Below the pieces are notes generated by a model. The model saw only the letters and a list, made by a program, of their open reading frames with translations, was not told the DNA's origin and did no database searches. Position numbers and translations under genes: made by a program. 64,000 nt of DNA. Origin: Auanema rhodensis. Taxonomy: Eukaryota > Animalia > Nematoda. The stretch is from NCBI GenBank assembly GCA_964057225.1, contig OZ059896.1:124001-188000 (forward strand), given 5' to 3'. Below, one piece after another: positions 13,501-28,500 of this stretch (its first letter is position 1; every line of letters begins with the position of its first letter).

Positions 13501-16500
13501 AGTGCACATCACGTGTACATTTAATTAGCATAAATTAAAGTTCACGTAAATTTCAAAGTCATGGTTACCATGAACCAATATCAATAAAAATTTGTTTTTA
13601 GACTAATATGGACATGGGGAATCTAATTTTGAAAACCGCATCTCTTTATCTTTCACGTGAAGCGAGTTACATACCAAGTGCACATCACGTGTACATTTAA
13701 TTAGCATAAATTAAAGTTCACGTAAATTTCAAAGTCATGGTTACCATGCACCAATGTCAATAAAAATTTGTTTTTAGACTAATATGGACATGGGGAATCT
13801 AATTTTGAAAACCGCATCTCTTCATCTTTCACGTGAAGCGAGTTACATACCAAGTGCACATCACGTGTACATTTAATTAGCATAAATTAAAGTTCACGTA
13901 AATTCCAAAGTCATGGTTACCATGCACCAATATCAATAAAAATTTGTTTTTAGACTAATATGGACATGGGGAATCTTATTTTGAAAACCGCATCTCTTCA
14001 TCTTTCACGTGAAGCGAGTTACATACCAAGTGCACATCACGTGTACATTTAATTAGCATAAATTAAAGTTCACGTAAATTTTAAAGTCATGGTTACCATG
14101 CACCAATATCAATAAAAATTTGTTTTTAGACTAATATGGACATGGGGAATCTAATTTTGAAAACCGCATCTCTTTATCTTTCACGTGAAGCGAGTTACAT
14201 ACCAAGTGCACATCATGTGTACATTTAATTAGCATAAATTAAAGTTCACGTAAATTTCAAAGTCATGGTTACCATGCACCAATGTCAATAAAAATTTGTT
14301 TTTAGACTAATATGGACATGGGGAATCTAATTTTGAAAACCGCATCTCTTCATCTTTCACGTGAAGCGAGTTACATACCAAGTGCACATCACGTGTACAT
14401 TTAATTAGCATAAATTAAAGTTCACGTGAATTTTAAAGTCATGGTTACCATGCACCAATATCAATAAAAATTTGTTTTTAGACTAATATGGACATGGGGA
14501 ATCTAATTTTGAAAACCGCATCTCTTTATCTTTCACGTGAAGCGAGTTACATACCAAGTGCACATCATGTGTACATTTAATTAGCATAAATTAAAGTTCA
14601 CGTAAATTTCAAAGTCATGGTTACCATGCACCAATGTCAATAAAAATTTGTTTTTAGACTAATATGGACATGGGGAATCTAATTTTGAAAACCGCATCTC
14701 TTCATCTTTCACGTGAAGCGAGTTACATACCAAGTGCACATCACGTGTACATTTAATTAGCATAAATTAAAGTTCACGTAAATTTCAAAGTCATGGTTAC
14801 CATGCACCAATATCAATAAAAATTTGTTTTTAGACTAATATGGACATGGGGAATCTAATTTTGAAAACCGCATCTCTTCATCTTTCACGTGAAGCGAGTT
14901 ACATACCAAGTGCACATCACGTGTACATTTAATTAGCATAAATTAAAGTTCACGTAAATTTCAAAGTCATGGTTACCATGCACCAATATCAATAAAAATT
15001 TGTTTTTAGACTAATATGGACATGGGGAATCTAATTTTGAAAACCGCATCTCTTTATCTTTCACGTGAAGCGAGTTACATACCAAGTGCACATCACGTGT
15101 ACATTTAATTAGCATAAATTAAAGTTCACGTAAATTTCAAAGTCATGGTTACCATAAACCAATATCAATAAAAATTTGTTTTTAGACTAATATGGACATG
15201 GGGAGTCTAATTTTGAAAACCGCATCTCTTTATCTTTCACGTGAAGCGAGTTACATACCAAGTGCACATCACGTGTACATTTAATTAGCATAAATTAAAG
15301 TTCACGTAACTTTCAAAGTCATGGTTACCATGCACCAATATCAATAAAAATTTGTTTTTAGACTAATATGGACATGGGGAATCTAATTTTGTAAACCGCA
15401 TCTCTTTATCTTTCACGTGAAGCGAGTTACATACCAAGTGCACATCACGTGTACATTTAATTAGCATAAATTAAAGTTCACGTAAATTTCAAAGTCATGG
15501 TTACCATGCACCAATATCAATAAAAATTTGTTTTTAGACTAATATGGACATGGGGAATCTAATTTTGAAAACCGCATCTTTTCATCTTTCACGTGAAGCG
15601 AGTTACATACCAAGTGCACATCACGTGTACATTTAATTAGCATAAATTAAAGTTCACGTAAATTTCAAAGTCATGGTTACCATGCACCAATATCAATAAA
15701 AATTTGTTTTTAGACTAATATGGACATGGGGAATCTTATTTTGAAAACCGCATCTCTTCATCTTTCACGTGAAGCGAGTTACATACCAAGTGCACATCAC
15801 GTGTACATTTAATTAGCATAAATTAAAGTTCACGTAAATTTTAAAGTCATGGTTACCATGCACCAATATCAATAAAAATTTGTTTTTAGACTAATATGGA
15901 CATGGGGAATCTAATTTTGAAAACCGCATCTCTTTATCTTTCACGTGAAGCGAGTTACATACCAAGTGCACATCATGTGTACATTTAATTAGCATAAATT
16001 AAAGTTCACGTAAATTTCAAAGTCATGGTTACCATGCACCAATGTCAATAAAAATTTGTTTTTAGACTAATATGGACATGGGGAATCTAATTTTGAAAAC
16101 CGCATCTCTTCATCTTTCACGTGAAGCGAGTTACATACCAAGTGCACATCACGTGTACATTTAATTAGCATAAATTAAAGTTCACGTAAATTTTAAAGTC
16201 ATGGTTACCATGCACCAATATCAATAAAAATTTGTTTTTAGACTAATATGGACATGGGGAATCTAATTTTGAAAACCGCATCTCTTTATCTTTCACGTGA
16301 AGCGAGTTACATACCAAGTGCACATCATGTGTACATTTAATTAGCATAAATTAAAGTTCACGTAAATTTCAAAGTCATGGTTACCATGCACCAATGTCAA
16401 TAAAAATTTGTTTTTAGACTAATATGGACATGGGGAATCTAATTTTGAAAACCGCATCTCTTCATCTTTCACGTGAAGCGAGTTACATACCAAGTGCACA

Positions 16501-19500
16501 TCACGTGTACATTTAATTAGCATAAATTAAAGTTCACGTAAATTTCAAAGTCATGGTTACCATGCACCAATATCAATAAAAATTTGTTTTTAGACTAATA
16601 TGGACATGGGGAATCTAATTTTGAAAACCGCATCTCTTCATCTTTCACGTGAAGCGAGTTACATACCAAGTGCACATCACGTGTACATTTAATTAGCATA
16701 AATTAAAGTTCACGTAAATTTCAAAGTCATGGTTACCATGCACCAATATCAATAAAAATTTGTTTTTAGACTAATATGGACATGGGGAATCTAATTTTGA
16801 AAACCGCATCTCTTTATCTTTCACGTGAAGCGAGTTACATACCAAGTGCACATCACGTGTACATTTAATTAGCATAAATTAAAGTTCACGTAAATTTCAA
16901 AGTCATGGTTACCATGCACCAATGTCAATAAAAATTTGTTTTTAGACTAATATAGACATGGGGAATCTAATTTTGAAAACCGCATCTCTTCATCTTTCAC
17001 GTGAAGCGAGTTACATACCAAGTGCACATCACGTGTACATTTAATTAGCATAAATTAAAGTTCACGTAAATTTCAAAGTCATGGTTACCATGCACCAATA
17101 TCAATAAAAATTTGTTTTTAGACTAATATGGACATGGGGAATCTAATTTTGAAAACCGCATCTCTTTATCTTTCACGTGAAGCGAGTTACATACCAAGTG
17201 CACATCACGTGTACATTTAATTAGCATAAATTAAAGTTCACGTAAATTTCAAAGTCATGGTTACCATAAACCAATATCAATAAAAATTTGTTTTTAGACT
17301 AATATGGACATGGGGAGTCTAATTTTGAAAACCGCATCTCTTTATCTTTCACGTGAAGCGAGTTACATACCAAGTGCACATCACGTGTACATTTAATTAG
17401 CATAAATTAAAGTTCACGTAACTTTCAAAGTCATGGTTACCATGCACCAATATCAATAAAAATTTGTTTTTAGACTAATATGGACATGGGGAATCTAATT
17501 TTGTAAACCGCATCTCTTTATCTTTCACGTGAAGCGAGTTACATACCAAGTGCACATCACGTGTACATTTAATTAGCATAAATTAAAGTTCACGTAAATT
17601 TCAAAGTCATGGTTACCATGCACCAATATCAATAAAAATTTGTTTTTAGACTAATATGGACATGGGGAATCTAATTTTGAAAACCGCATCTTTTCATCTT
17701 TCACGTGAAGCGAGTTACATACCAAGTGCACATCACGTGTACATTTAATTAGCATAAATTAAAGTTCACGTAAATTTCAAAGTCATGGTTACCATGCACC
17801 AATATCAATAAAAATTTGTTTTTAGACTAATATGGACATGGGGAATCTAATTTTGAAAACCGCATCTCTTTATCTTTCACGTGAAGCGAGTTACATACCA
17901 AGTGCACATCACGTGTACATTTAATTAGCATAAATTAAAGTTCACGTAAATTTCAAAGTCATGGTTACCATGCACCAATATCAATAAAAATTTGTTTTTA
18001 GACTAATTTGGACATGGGAAATCTAATTTTGAAAACCGCATCTCTTTATCTTTCACGTGAAGCGAGTTACATACCAAGTGCACATCACGTGTACATTTAA
18101 TTAGCATAAATTAAAGTTCACGTAAATTTCAAAGTCATGGTTACCATAAACCAATATCAATAAAAATTTGTTTTTAGACTAATATGGACATGGGGAATCT
18201 AATTTTGAAAACCGCATCTCTTTATCTTTCACGTGAAGATTGTAAATTGTACATTTAATTAGCATAAATTAAAGTTCACGTAACTTTCAAAGTCATGGTT
18301 ACCATGCACCAATATCAATAAAAATTTGTTTTTAGACTAATATGGACATGGGGAATCTAATTTTGTAAACCGCATCTCTTTATCTTTCACGTGAAGCGAG
18401 TTACATACCAAGTGCACATCACGTGTACATTTAATTAGCATAAATTAAAGTTCACGTAAATTTCAAAGTCATGGTTACCATGAACCAATATCAATAAAAA
18501 TTTGTTTTTAGACTAATATGGACATGGGGAATCTAATTTTGAAAACCGCATCTCTTTATCTTTCACGTGAAGCGAGTTACATACCAAGTGCACATCACGT
18601 GTACATTTAATTAGCATAAATTAAAGTTCACGTAAATTTCAAAGTCATGGTTACCATGCACCAATATCAATAAAAATTTGTTTTTAGACTAATATGGACA
18701 TGGGGAATCTAATTTTGAAAACCGCATCTCTTTATCTTTCACGTGAAGCGAGTTACATACCAAGTGCACATCACGTGTACATTTAATTAGCATAAATTAA
18801 AGTTCACGTAAATTTCAAAGTCATGGTTACCATAAACCAATATCAATAAAAATTTGTTTTTAGACTAATATGGACATGGGGAGTCTAATTTTGAAAACCG
18901 CATCTCTTTATCTTTCACGTGAAGCGAGTTACATACCAAGTGCACATCACGTGTACATTTAATTAGCATAAATTAAAGTTCACGTAACTTTCAAAGTCAT
19001 GGTTACCATGCACCAATATCAATAAAAATTTGTTTTTAGACTAATATGGACATGGGGAATCTAATTTTGAAAACCGCATCTCTTCATCTTTCACGTGAAG
19101 CGAGTTACATACCAAGTGCACATCACGTGTACATTTAATTAGCATAAATTAAAGTTCACGTAAATTTCAAAGTCATGGTTACCATGCACCAATATCAATA
19201 AAAATTTGTTTTTAGACTAATATGGACATGGGGAATCTAATTTTGAAAACCGCATCTCTTTATCTTTCACGTGAAGCGAGTTACATACCAAGTGCACATC
19301 ACGTGTACATTTAATTAGCATAAATTAAAGTTCACGTAAATTTCAAAGTCATGGTTACCATGCACCAATATCAATAAAAATTTGTTTTTAGACTAATATG
19401 GACATGGGGAATCTAATTTTGAAAACCGCATCTCTTCATCTTTCACGTGAAGCGAGTTACATACCAAGTGCACATCACGTGTACATTTAATTAGCATAAA

Positions 19501-22500
19501 TTAAAGTTCACGTAAATTTCAAAGTCATGGTTACCATGCACCAATATCAATAAAAATTTGTTTTTAGACTAATATGGACATGGGGAATCTAATTTTGAAA
19601 ACCGCATCTCTTTATCTTTCACGTGAAGCGAGTTACATACCAAGTGCACATCACGTGTACATTTAATTAGCATAAATTAAAGTTCACGTAAATTTCAAAG
19701 TCATGGTTACCATGCACCAATATCAATAAAAATTTGTTTTTAGACTAATATGGACATGGGGAATCTAATTTTGAAAACCGCATCTCTTTATCTTTCACGT
19801 GAAGCGAGTTACATACCAAGTGCACATCACGTGTACATTTAATTAGCATAAATTAAAGTTCACGTAAATTTCAAAGTCATGGTTACCATGCACCAATATC
19901 AATAAAAATTTGTTTTTAGACTAATATGGACATGGGGAATCTAAATTTGAAAACCGCATCTCTTCATCTTTCACGTGAAGCGAGTTACATACCAAGTGCA
20001 CATCACGTGTACATTTAATTAGCATAAATTAAAGTTCACGTAAATTTCAAAGTCATGGTTACCATGCACCAATATCAATAAAAATTTGTTTTTAGACTAA
20101 TATGGACATGGGGAATCTAATTTTGAAAACCGCATCTCTTCATCTTTCACGTGAAGCGAGTTACATACCAAGTGCACATCACGTGTACATTTAATTAGCA
20201 TAAATTAAAGTTCACGTAAATTTCAAAGTCATGGTTACCATGCACCAATGTCAATAAAAATTTGTTTTTAGACTAATATGGACATGGGGAATCTAATTTT
20301 GAAAACCGCATCTCTTCATCTTTCACGTGAAGCGAGTTACATACCAAGTGCACATCACGTGTACATTTAATTAGCATAAATTAAAGTTCACGTAAATTTC
20401 AAAGTCATGGTTACCATGCACCAATATCAATAAAAATTTGTTTTTAGACTAATATGGACATGGGGAATCTAATTTTGAAAACCGCATCTCTTCATCTTTC
20501 ACGTGAAGCGAGTTACATACCAAGTGCACATCACGTGTACATTTAATTAGCATAAATTAAAGTTCACGTAAATTTCAAAGTCATGGTTACCATGCACCAA
20601 TATCAATAAGAATTTGTTTTTAGACTAATATAGACATGGGGAATCTAATTTTGAAAACCGCATCTCTTTATCTTTCACGTGAAGCGAGTTACATACCAAG
20701 TGCACATCACGTGTACATTTAATTAGCATAAATTAAAGTTCACGTAAATTTCAAAGTCATGGTTACCATGCACCAATATCAATAAAAATTTGTTTTTAGA
20801 CTAATATGGACATGGGGAATCTAATTTTGAAAACCGCATCTCTTCATCTTTCACGTGAAGCGAGTTACATACCAAGTGCACATCACGTGTACATTTAATT
20901 AGCATAAATTAAAGTTCACGTAAATTTCAAAGTCATGGTTACCATGCACCAATATCAATAAAAATTTGTTTTTAGACTAATATGGACATGGGGAATCTAA
21001 TTTTGAAAACCGCATCTTTTCATCTTTCACGTGAAGCGAGTTACATACCAAGTGCACATCACGTGTACATTTAATTAGCATAAATTAAAGTTCACGTAAA
21101 TTTCAAATTCATGGTTACCATGCACCAATATCAATAAAAATTTGTTTTTAGACTAATATGGACATGGGGAATCTAATTTTGAAAACCGCATCTCTTTATC
21201 TTTCACGTGAAGCGAGTTACATACCAAGTGCACATCACGTGTACATTTAATTAGCATAAATTAAAGTTCACGTAAATTTCAAAGTCATGGTTACCATGCA
21301 CCAATGTCAATAAAAATTTGTTTTTAGACTAATATGGACATGGGGAATCTAATTTTGAAAACCGCATCTCCTTATCTTTCACGTGAAGCGAGTTACATAC
21401 CAAGTGCACATCACGTGTACATTTAATTAGCATAAATTAAAGTTCACGTAAATTTCAAAGTCATGGTTACCATGCACCAATATCAATAAGAATTTGTTTT
21501 TAGACTAATATGGACATGGGGAATCTAATTTTGAAAACCGCATCTCTTTATCTTTCACGTGAAGCGAGTTACATACCAAGTGCACATCACGTGTACATTT
21601 AATTAGCATAAATTAAAGTTCACGTAAATTTCAAAGTCATGGTTACCATAAACCAATATCAATAAAAATTTGTTTTTAGACTAATATGGACATGGGGAGT
21701 CTAATTTTGAAAACCGCATCTCTTTATCTTTCACGTGAAGCGAGTTACATACCAAGTGCACATCACGTGTACATTTAATTAGCATAAATTAAAGTTCACG
21801 TAACTTTCAAAGTCATGGTTACCATGCACCAATATCAATAAAAATTTGTTTTTAGACTAATATGGACATGGGGAATCTAATTTTGTAAACCGCATCTCTT
21901 TATCTTTCACGTGAAGCGAGTTACATACCAAGTGCACATCACGTGTACATTTAATTAGCATAAATTAAAGTTCACGTAAATTTCAAAGTCATGGTTACCA
22001 TGCACCAATATCAATAAAAATTTGTTTTTAGACTAATATGGACATGGGGAATCTAATTTTGAAAACCGCATCTTTTCATCTTTCACGTGAAGCGAGTTAC
22101 ATACCAAGTGCACATCACGTGTACATTTAATTAGCATAAATTAAAGTTCACGTAAATTTCAAAGTCATGGTTACCATGCACCAATATCAATAAAAATTTG
22201 TTTTTAGACTAATATGGACATGGGGAATCTAATTTTGAAAACCGCATCTCTTTATCTTTCACGTGAAGCGAGTTACATACCAAGTGCACATCACGTGTAC
22301 ATTTAATTAGCATAAATTAAAGTTCACGTAAATTTCAAAGTCATGGTTACCATGCACCAATATCAATAAAAATTTGTTTTTAGACTAATATGGACATGGG
22401 GAATCTAATTTTGAAAACCGCATCTCTTCATCTTTCACGTGAAGCGAGTTACATACCAAGTGCACATCACGTGTACATTTAATTAGCATAAATTAAAGTT

Positions 22501-25500
22501 CACGTAAATTTCAAAGTCATGGTTACCATGCACCAATATCAATAAAAATTTGTTTTTAGACTAATATGGACATGGGGAATCTAATTTTGAAAACCGCATC
22601 TCTTTATCTTTCACGTGAAGATTGTAAATTGTACATTTAATTAGCATAAATTAAAGTTCACGTAACTTTCAAAGTCATGGTTACCATGCACCAATATCAA
22701 TAAAAATTTGTTTTTAGACTAATATGGACATGGGGAATCTAATTTTGTAAACCGCATCTCTTTATCTTTCACGTGAAGCGAGTTACATACCAAGTGCACA
22801 TCACGTGTACATTTAATTAGCATAAATTAAAGTTCACGTAAATTTCAAAGTCATGGTTACCATGAACCAATATCAATAAAAATTTGTTTTTAGACTAATA
22901 TGGACATGGGGAATCTAATTTTGAAAACCGCATCTCTTTATCTTTCACGTGAAGCGAGTTACATACCAAGTGCACATCACGTGTACATTTAATTAGCATA
23001 AATTAAAGTTCACGTAAATTTCAAAGTCATGGTTACCATGCACCAATGTCAATAAAAATTTGTTTTTAGACTAATATGGACATGGGGAATCTAATTTTGA
23101 AAACCGCATCTCTTCATCTTTCACGTGAAGCGAGTTACATACCAAGTGCACATCACGTGTACATTTAATTAGCATAAATTAAAGTTCACGTAAATTCCAA
23201 AGTCATGGTTACCATGCACCAATATCAATAAAAATTTGTTTTTAGACTAATATGGACATGGGGAATCTTATTTTGAAAACCGCATCTCTTCATCTTTCAC
23301 GTGAAGCGAGTTACATACCAAGTGCACATCACGTGTACATTTAATTAGCATAAATTAAAGTTCACGTAAATTTTAAAGTCATGGTTACCATGCACCAATA
23401 TCAATAAAAATTTGTTTTTAGACTAATATGGACATGGGGAATCTAATTTTGAAAACCGCATCTCTTTATCTTTCACGTGAAGCGAGTTACATACCAAGTG
23501 CACATCATGTGTACATTTAATTAGCATAAATTAAAGTTCACGTAAATTTCAAAGTCATGGTTACCATGCACCAATGTCAATAAAAATTTGTTTTTAGACT
23601 AATATGGACATGGGGAATCTAATTTTGAAAACCGCATCTCTTCATCTTTCACGTGAAGCGAGTTACATACCAAGTGCACATCACGTGTACATTTAATTAG
23701 CATAAATTAAAGTTCACGTAAATTTCAAAGTCATGGTTACCATGCACCAATATCAATAAAAATTTGTTTTTAGACTAATATGGACATGGGGAATCTAATT
23801 TTGAAAACCGCATCTCTTCATCTTTCACGTGAAGCGAGTTACATACCAAGTGCACATCACGTGTACATTTAATTAGCATAAATTAAAGTTCACGTAAATT
23901 TCAAAGTCATGGTTACCATGCACCAATATCAATAAAAATTTGTTTTTAGACTAATATGGACATGGGGAATCTAATTTTGAAAACCGCATCTCTTTATCTT
24001 TCACGTGAAGCGAGTTACATACCAAGTGCACATCACGTGTACATTTAATTAGCATAAATTAAAGTTCACGTAAATTTCAAAGTCATGGTTACCATGCACC
24101 AATGTCAATAAAAATTTGTTTTTAGACTAATATAGACATGGGGAATCTAATTTTGAAAACCGCATCTCTTCATCTTTCACGTGAAGCGAGTTACATACCA
24201 AGTGCACATCACGTGTACATTTAATTAGCATAAATTAAAGTTCACGTAAATTTCAAAGTCATGGTTACCATGCACCAATATCAATAAAAATTTGTTTTTA
24301 GACTAATATGGACATGGGGAATCTAATTTTGAAAACCGCATCTCTTTATCTTTCACGTGAAGCGAGTTACATACCAAGTGCACATCACGTGTACATTTAA
24401 TTAGCATAAATTAAAGTTCACGTAAATTTCAAAGTCATGGTTACCATAAACCAATATCAATAAAAATTTGTTTTTAGACTAATATGGACATGGGGAGTCT
24501 AATTTTGAAAACCGCATCTCTTTATCTTTCACGTGAAGCGAGTTACATACCAAGTGCACATCACGTGTACATTTAATTAGCATAAATTAAAGTTCACGTA
24601 ACTTTCAAAGTCATGGTTACCATGCACCAATATCAATAAAAATTTGTTTTTAGACTAATATGGACATGGGGAATCTAATTTTGTAAACCGCATCTCTTTA
24701 TCTTTCACGTGAAGCGAGTTACATACCAAGTGCACATCACGTGTACATTTAATTAGCATAAATTAAAGTTCACGTAAATTTCAAAGTCATGGTTACCATG
24801 CACCAATATCAATAAAAATTTGTTTTTAGACTAATATGGACATGGGGAATCTAATTTTGAAAACCGCATCTTTTCATCTTTCACGTGAAGCGAGTTACAT
24901 ACCAAGTGCACATCACGTGTACATTTAATTAGCATAAATTAAAGTTCACGTAAATTTCAAAGTCATGGTTACCATGCACCAATATCAATAAAAATTTGTT
25001 TTTAGACTAATATGGACATGGGGAATCTAATTTTGAAAACCGCATCTCTTTATCTTTCACGTGAAGCGAGTTACATACCAAGTGCACATCACGTGTACAT
25101 TTAATTAGCATAAATTAAAGTTCACGTAAATTTCAAAGTCATGGTTACCATGCACCAATATCAATAAAAATTTGTTTTTAGACTAATTTGGACATGGGGA
25201 ATCTAATTTTGAAAACCGCATCTCTTTATCTTTCACGTGAAGCGAGTTACATACCAAGTGCACATCACGTGTACATTTAATTAGCATAAATTAAAGTTTA
25301 CGTAAATTTCAAAGTCATGGTTACCATAAACCAATATCAATAAAAATTTGTTTTTAGACTAATATGGACATGGGGAATCTAATTTTGAAAACCGCATCTC
25401 TTTATCTTTCACGTGAAGATTGTAAATTGTACATTTAATTAGCATAAATTAAAGTTCACGTAACTTTCAAAGTCATGGTTACCATGCACCAATATCAATA

Positions 25501-28500
25501 AAAATTTGTTTTTAGACTAATATGGACATGGGGAATCTAATTTTGTAAACCGCATCTCTTTATCTTTCACGTGAAGCGAGTTACATACCAAGTGCACATC
25601 ACGTGTACATTTAATTAGCATAAATTAAAGTTCACGTAAATTTCAAAGTCATGGTTACCATGAACCAATATCAATAAAAATTTGTTTTTAGACTAATATG
25701 GACATGGGGAATCTAATTTTGAAAACCGCATCTCTTTATCTTTCACGTGAAGCGAGTTACATACCAAGTGCACATCACGTGTACATTTAATTAGCATAAA
25801 TTAAAGTTCACGTAAATTTCAAAGTCATGGTTACCATGCACCAATGTCAATAAAAATTTGTTTTTAGACTAATATGGACATGGGGAATCTAATTTTGAAA
25901 ACCGCATCTCTTCATCTTTCACGTGAAGCGAGTTACATACCAAGTGCACATCACGTGTACATTTAATTAGCATAAATTAAAGTTCACGTAAATTCCAAAG
26001 TCATGGTTACCATGCACCAATATCAATAAAAATTTGTTTTTAGACTAATATGGACATGGGGAATCTTATTTTGAAAACCGCATCTCTTCATCTTTCACGT
26101 GAAGCGAGTTACATACCAAGTGCACATCACGTGTACATTTAATTAGCATAAATTAAAGTTCACGTAAATTTTAAAGTCATGGTTACCATGCACCAATATC
26201 AATAAAAATTTGTTTTTAGACTAATATGGACATGGGGAATCTAATTTTGAAAACCGCATCTCTTTATCTTTCACGTGAAGCGAGTTACATACCAAGTGCA
26301 CATCATGTGTACATTTAATTAGCATAAATTAAAGTTCACGTAAATTTCAAAGTCATGGTTACCATGCACCAATGTCAATAAAAATTTGTTTTTAGACTAA
26401 TATGGACATGGGGAATCTAATTTTGAAAACCGCATCTCTTCATCTTTCACGTGAAGCGAGTTACATACCAAGTGCACATCACGTGTACATTTAATTAGCA
26501 TAAATTAAAGTTCACGTGAATTTTAAAGTCATGGTTACCATGCACCAATATCAATAAAAATTTGTTTTTAGACTAATATGGACATGGGGAATCTAATTTT
26601 GAAAACCGCATCTCTTTATCTTTCACGTGAAGCGAGTTACATACCAAGTGCACATCATGTGTACATTTAATTAGCATAAATTAAAGTTCACGTAAATTTC
26701 AAAGTCATGGTTACCATGCACCAATGTCAATAAAAATTTGTTTTTAGACTAATATGGACATGGGGAATCTAATTTTGAAAACCGCATCTCTTCATCTTTC
26801 ACGTGAAGCGAGTTACATACCAAGTGCACATCACGTGTACATTTAATTAGCATAAATTAAAGTTCACGTAAATTTCAAAGTCATGGTTACCATGCACCAA
26901 TATCAATAAAAATTTGTTTTTAGACTAATATGGACATGGGGAATCTAATTTTGAAAACCGCATCTCTTCATCTTTCACGTGAAGCGAGTTACATACCAAG
27001 TGCACATCACGTGTACATTTAATTAGCATAAATTAAAGTTCACGTAAATTTCAAAGTCATGGTTACCATGCACCAATATCAATAAAAATTTGTTTTTAGA
27101 CTAATATGGACATGGGGAATCTAATTTTGAAAACCGCATCTCTTTATCTTTCACGTGAAGCGAGTTACATACCAAGTGCACATCACGTGTACATTTAATT
27201 AGCATAAATTAAAGTTCACGTAAATTTCAAAGTCATGGTTACCATAAACCAATATCAATAAAAATTTGTTTTTAGACTAATATGGACATGGGGAGTCTAA
27301 TTTTGAAAACCGCATCTCTTTATCTTTCACGTGAAGCGAGTTACATACCAAGTGCACATCACGTGTACATTTAATTAGCATAAATTAAAGTTCACGTAAC
27401 TTTCAAAGTCATGGTTACCATGCACCAATATCAATAAAAATTTGTTTTTAGACTAATATGGACATGGGGAATCTAATTTTGTAAACCGCATCTCTTTATC
27501 TTTCACGTGAAGCGAGTTACATACCAAGTGCACATCACGTGTACATTTAATTAGCATAAATTAAAGTTCACGTAAATTTCAAAGTCATGGTTACCATGCA
27601 CCAATATCAATAAAAATTTGTTTTTAGACTAATATGGACATGGGGAATCTAATTTTGAAAACCGCATCTTTTCATCTTTCACGTGAAGCGAGTTACATAC
27701 CAAGTGCACATCACGTGTACATTTAATTAGCATAAATTAAAGTTCACGTAAATTTCAAAGTCATGGTTACCATGCACCAATATCAATAAAAATTTGTTTT
27801 TAGACTAATATGGACATGGGGAATCTTATTTTGAAAACCGCATCTCTTCATCTTTCACGTGAAGCGAGTTACATACCAAGTGCACATCACGTGTACATTT
27901 AATTAGCATAAATTAAAGTTCACGTAAATTTTAAAGTCATGGTTACCATGCACCAATATCAATAAAAATTTGTTTTTAGACTAATATGGACATGGGGAAT
28001 CTAATTTTGAAAACCGCATCTCTTTATCTTTCACGTGAAGCGAGTTACATACCAAGTGCACATCATGTGTACATTTAATTAGCATAAATTAAAGTTCACG
28101 TAAATTTCAAAGTCATGGTTACCATGCACCAATGTCAATAAAAATTTGTTTTTAGACTAATATGGACATGGGGAATCTAATTTTGAAAACCGCATCTCTT
28201 CATCTTTCACGTGAAGCGAGTTACATACCAAGTGCACATCACGTGTACATTTAATTAGCATAAATTAAAGTTCACGTAAATTTTAAAGTCATGGTTACCA
28301 TGCACCAATATCAATAAAAATTTGTTTTTAGACTAATATGGACATGGGGAATCTAATTTTGAAAACCGCATCTCTTTATCTTTCACGTGAAGCGAGTTAC
28401 ATACCAAGTGCACATCATGTGTACATTTAATTAGCATAAATTAAAGTTCACGTAAATTTCAAAGTCATGGTTACCATGCACCAATGTCAATAAAAATTTG

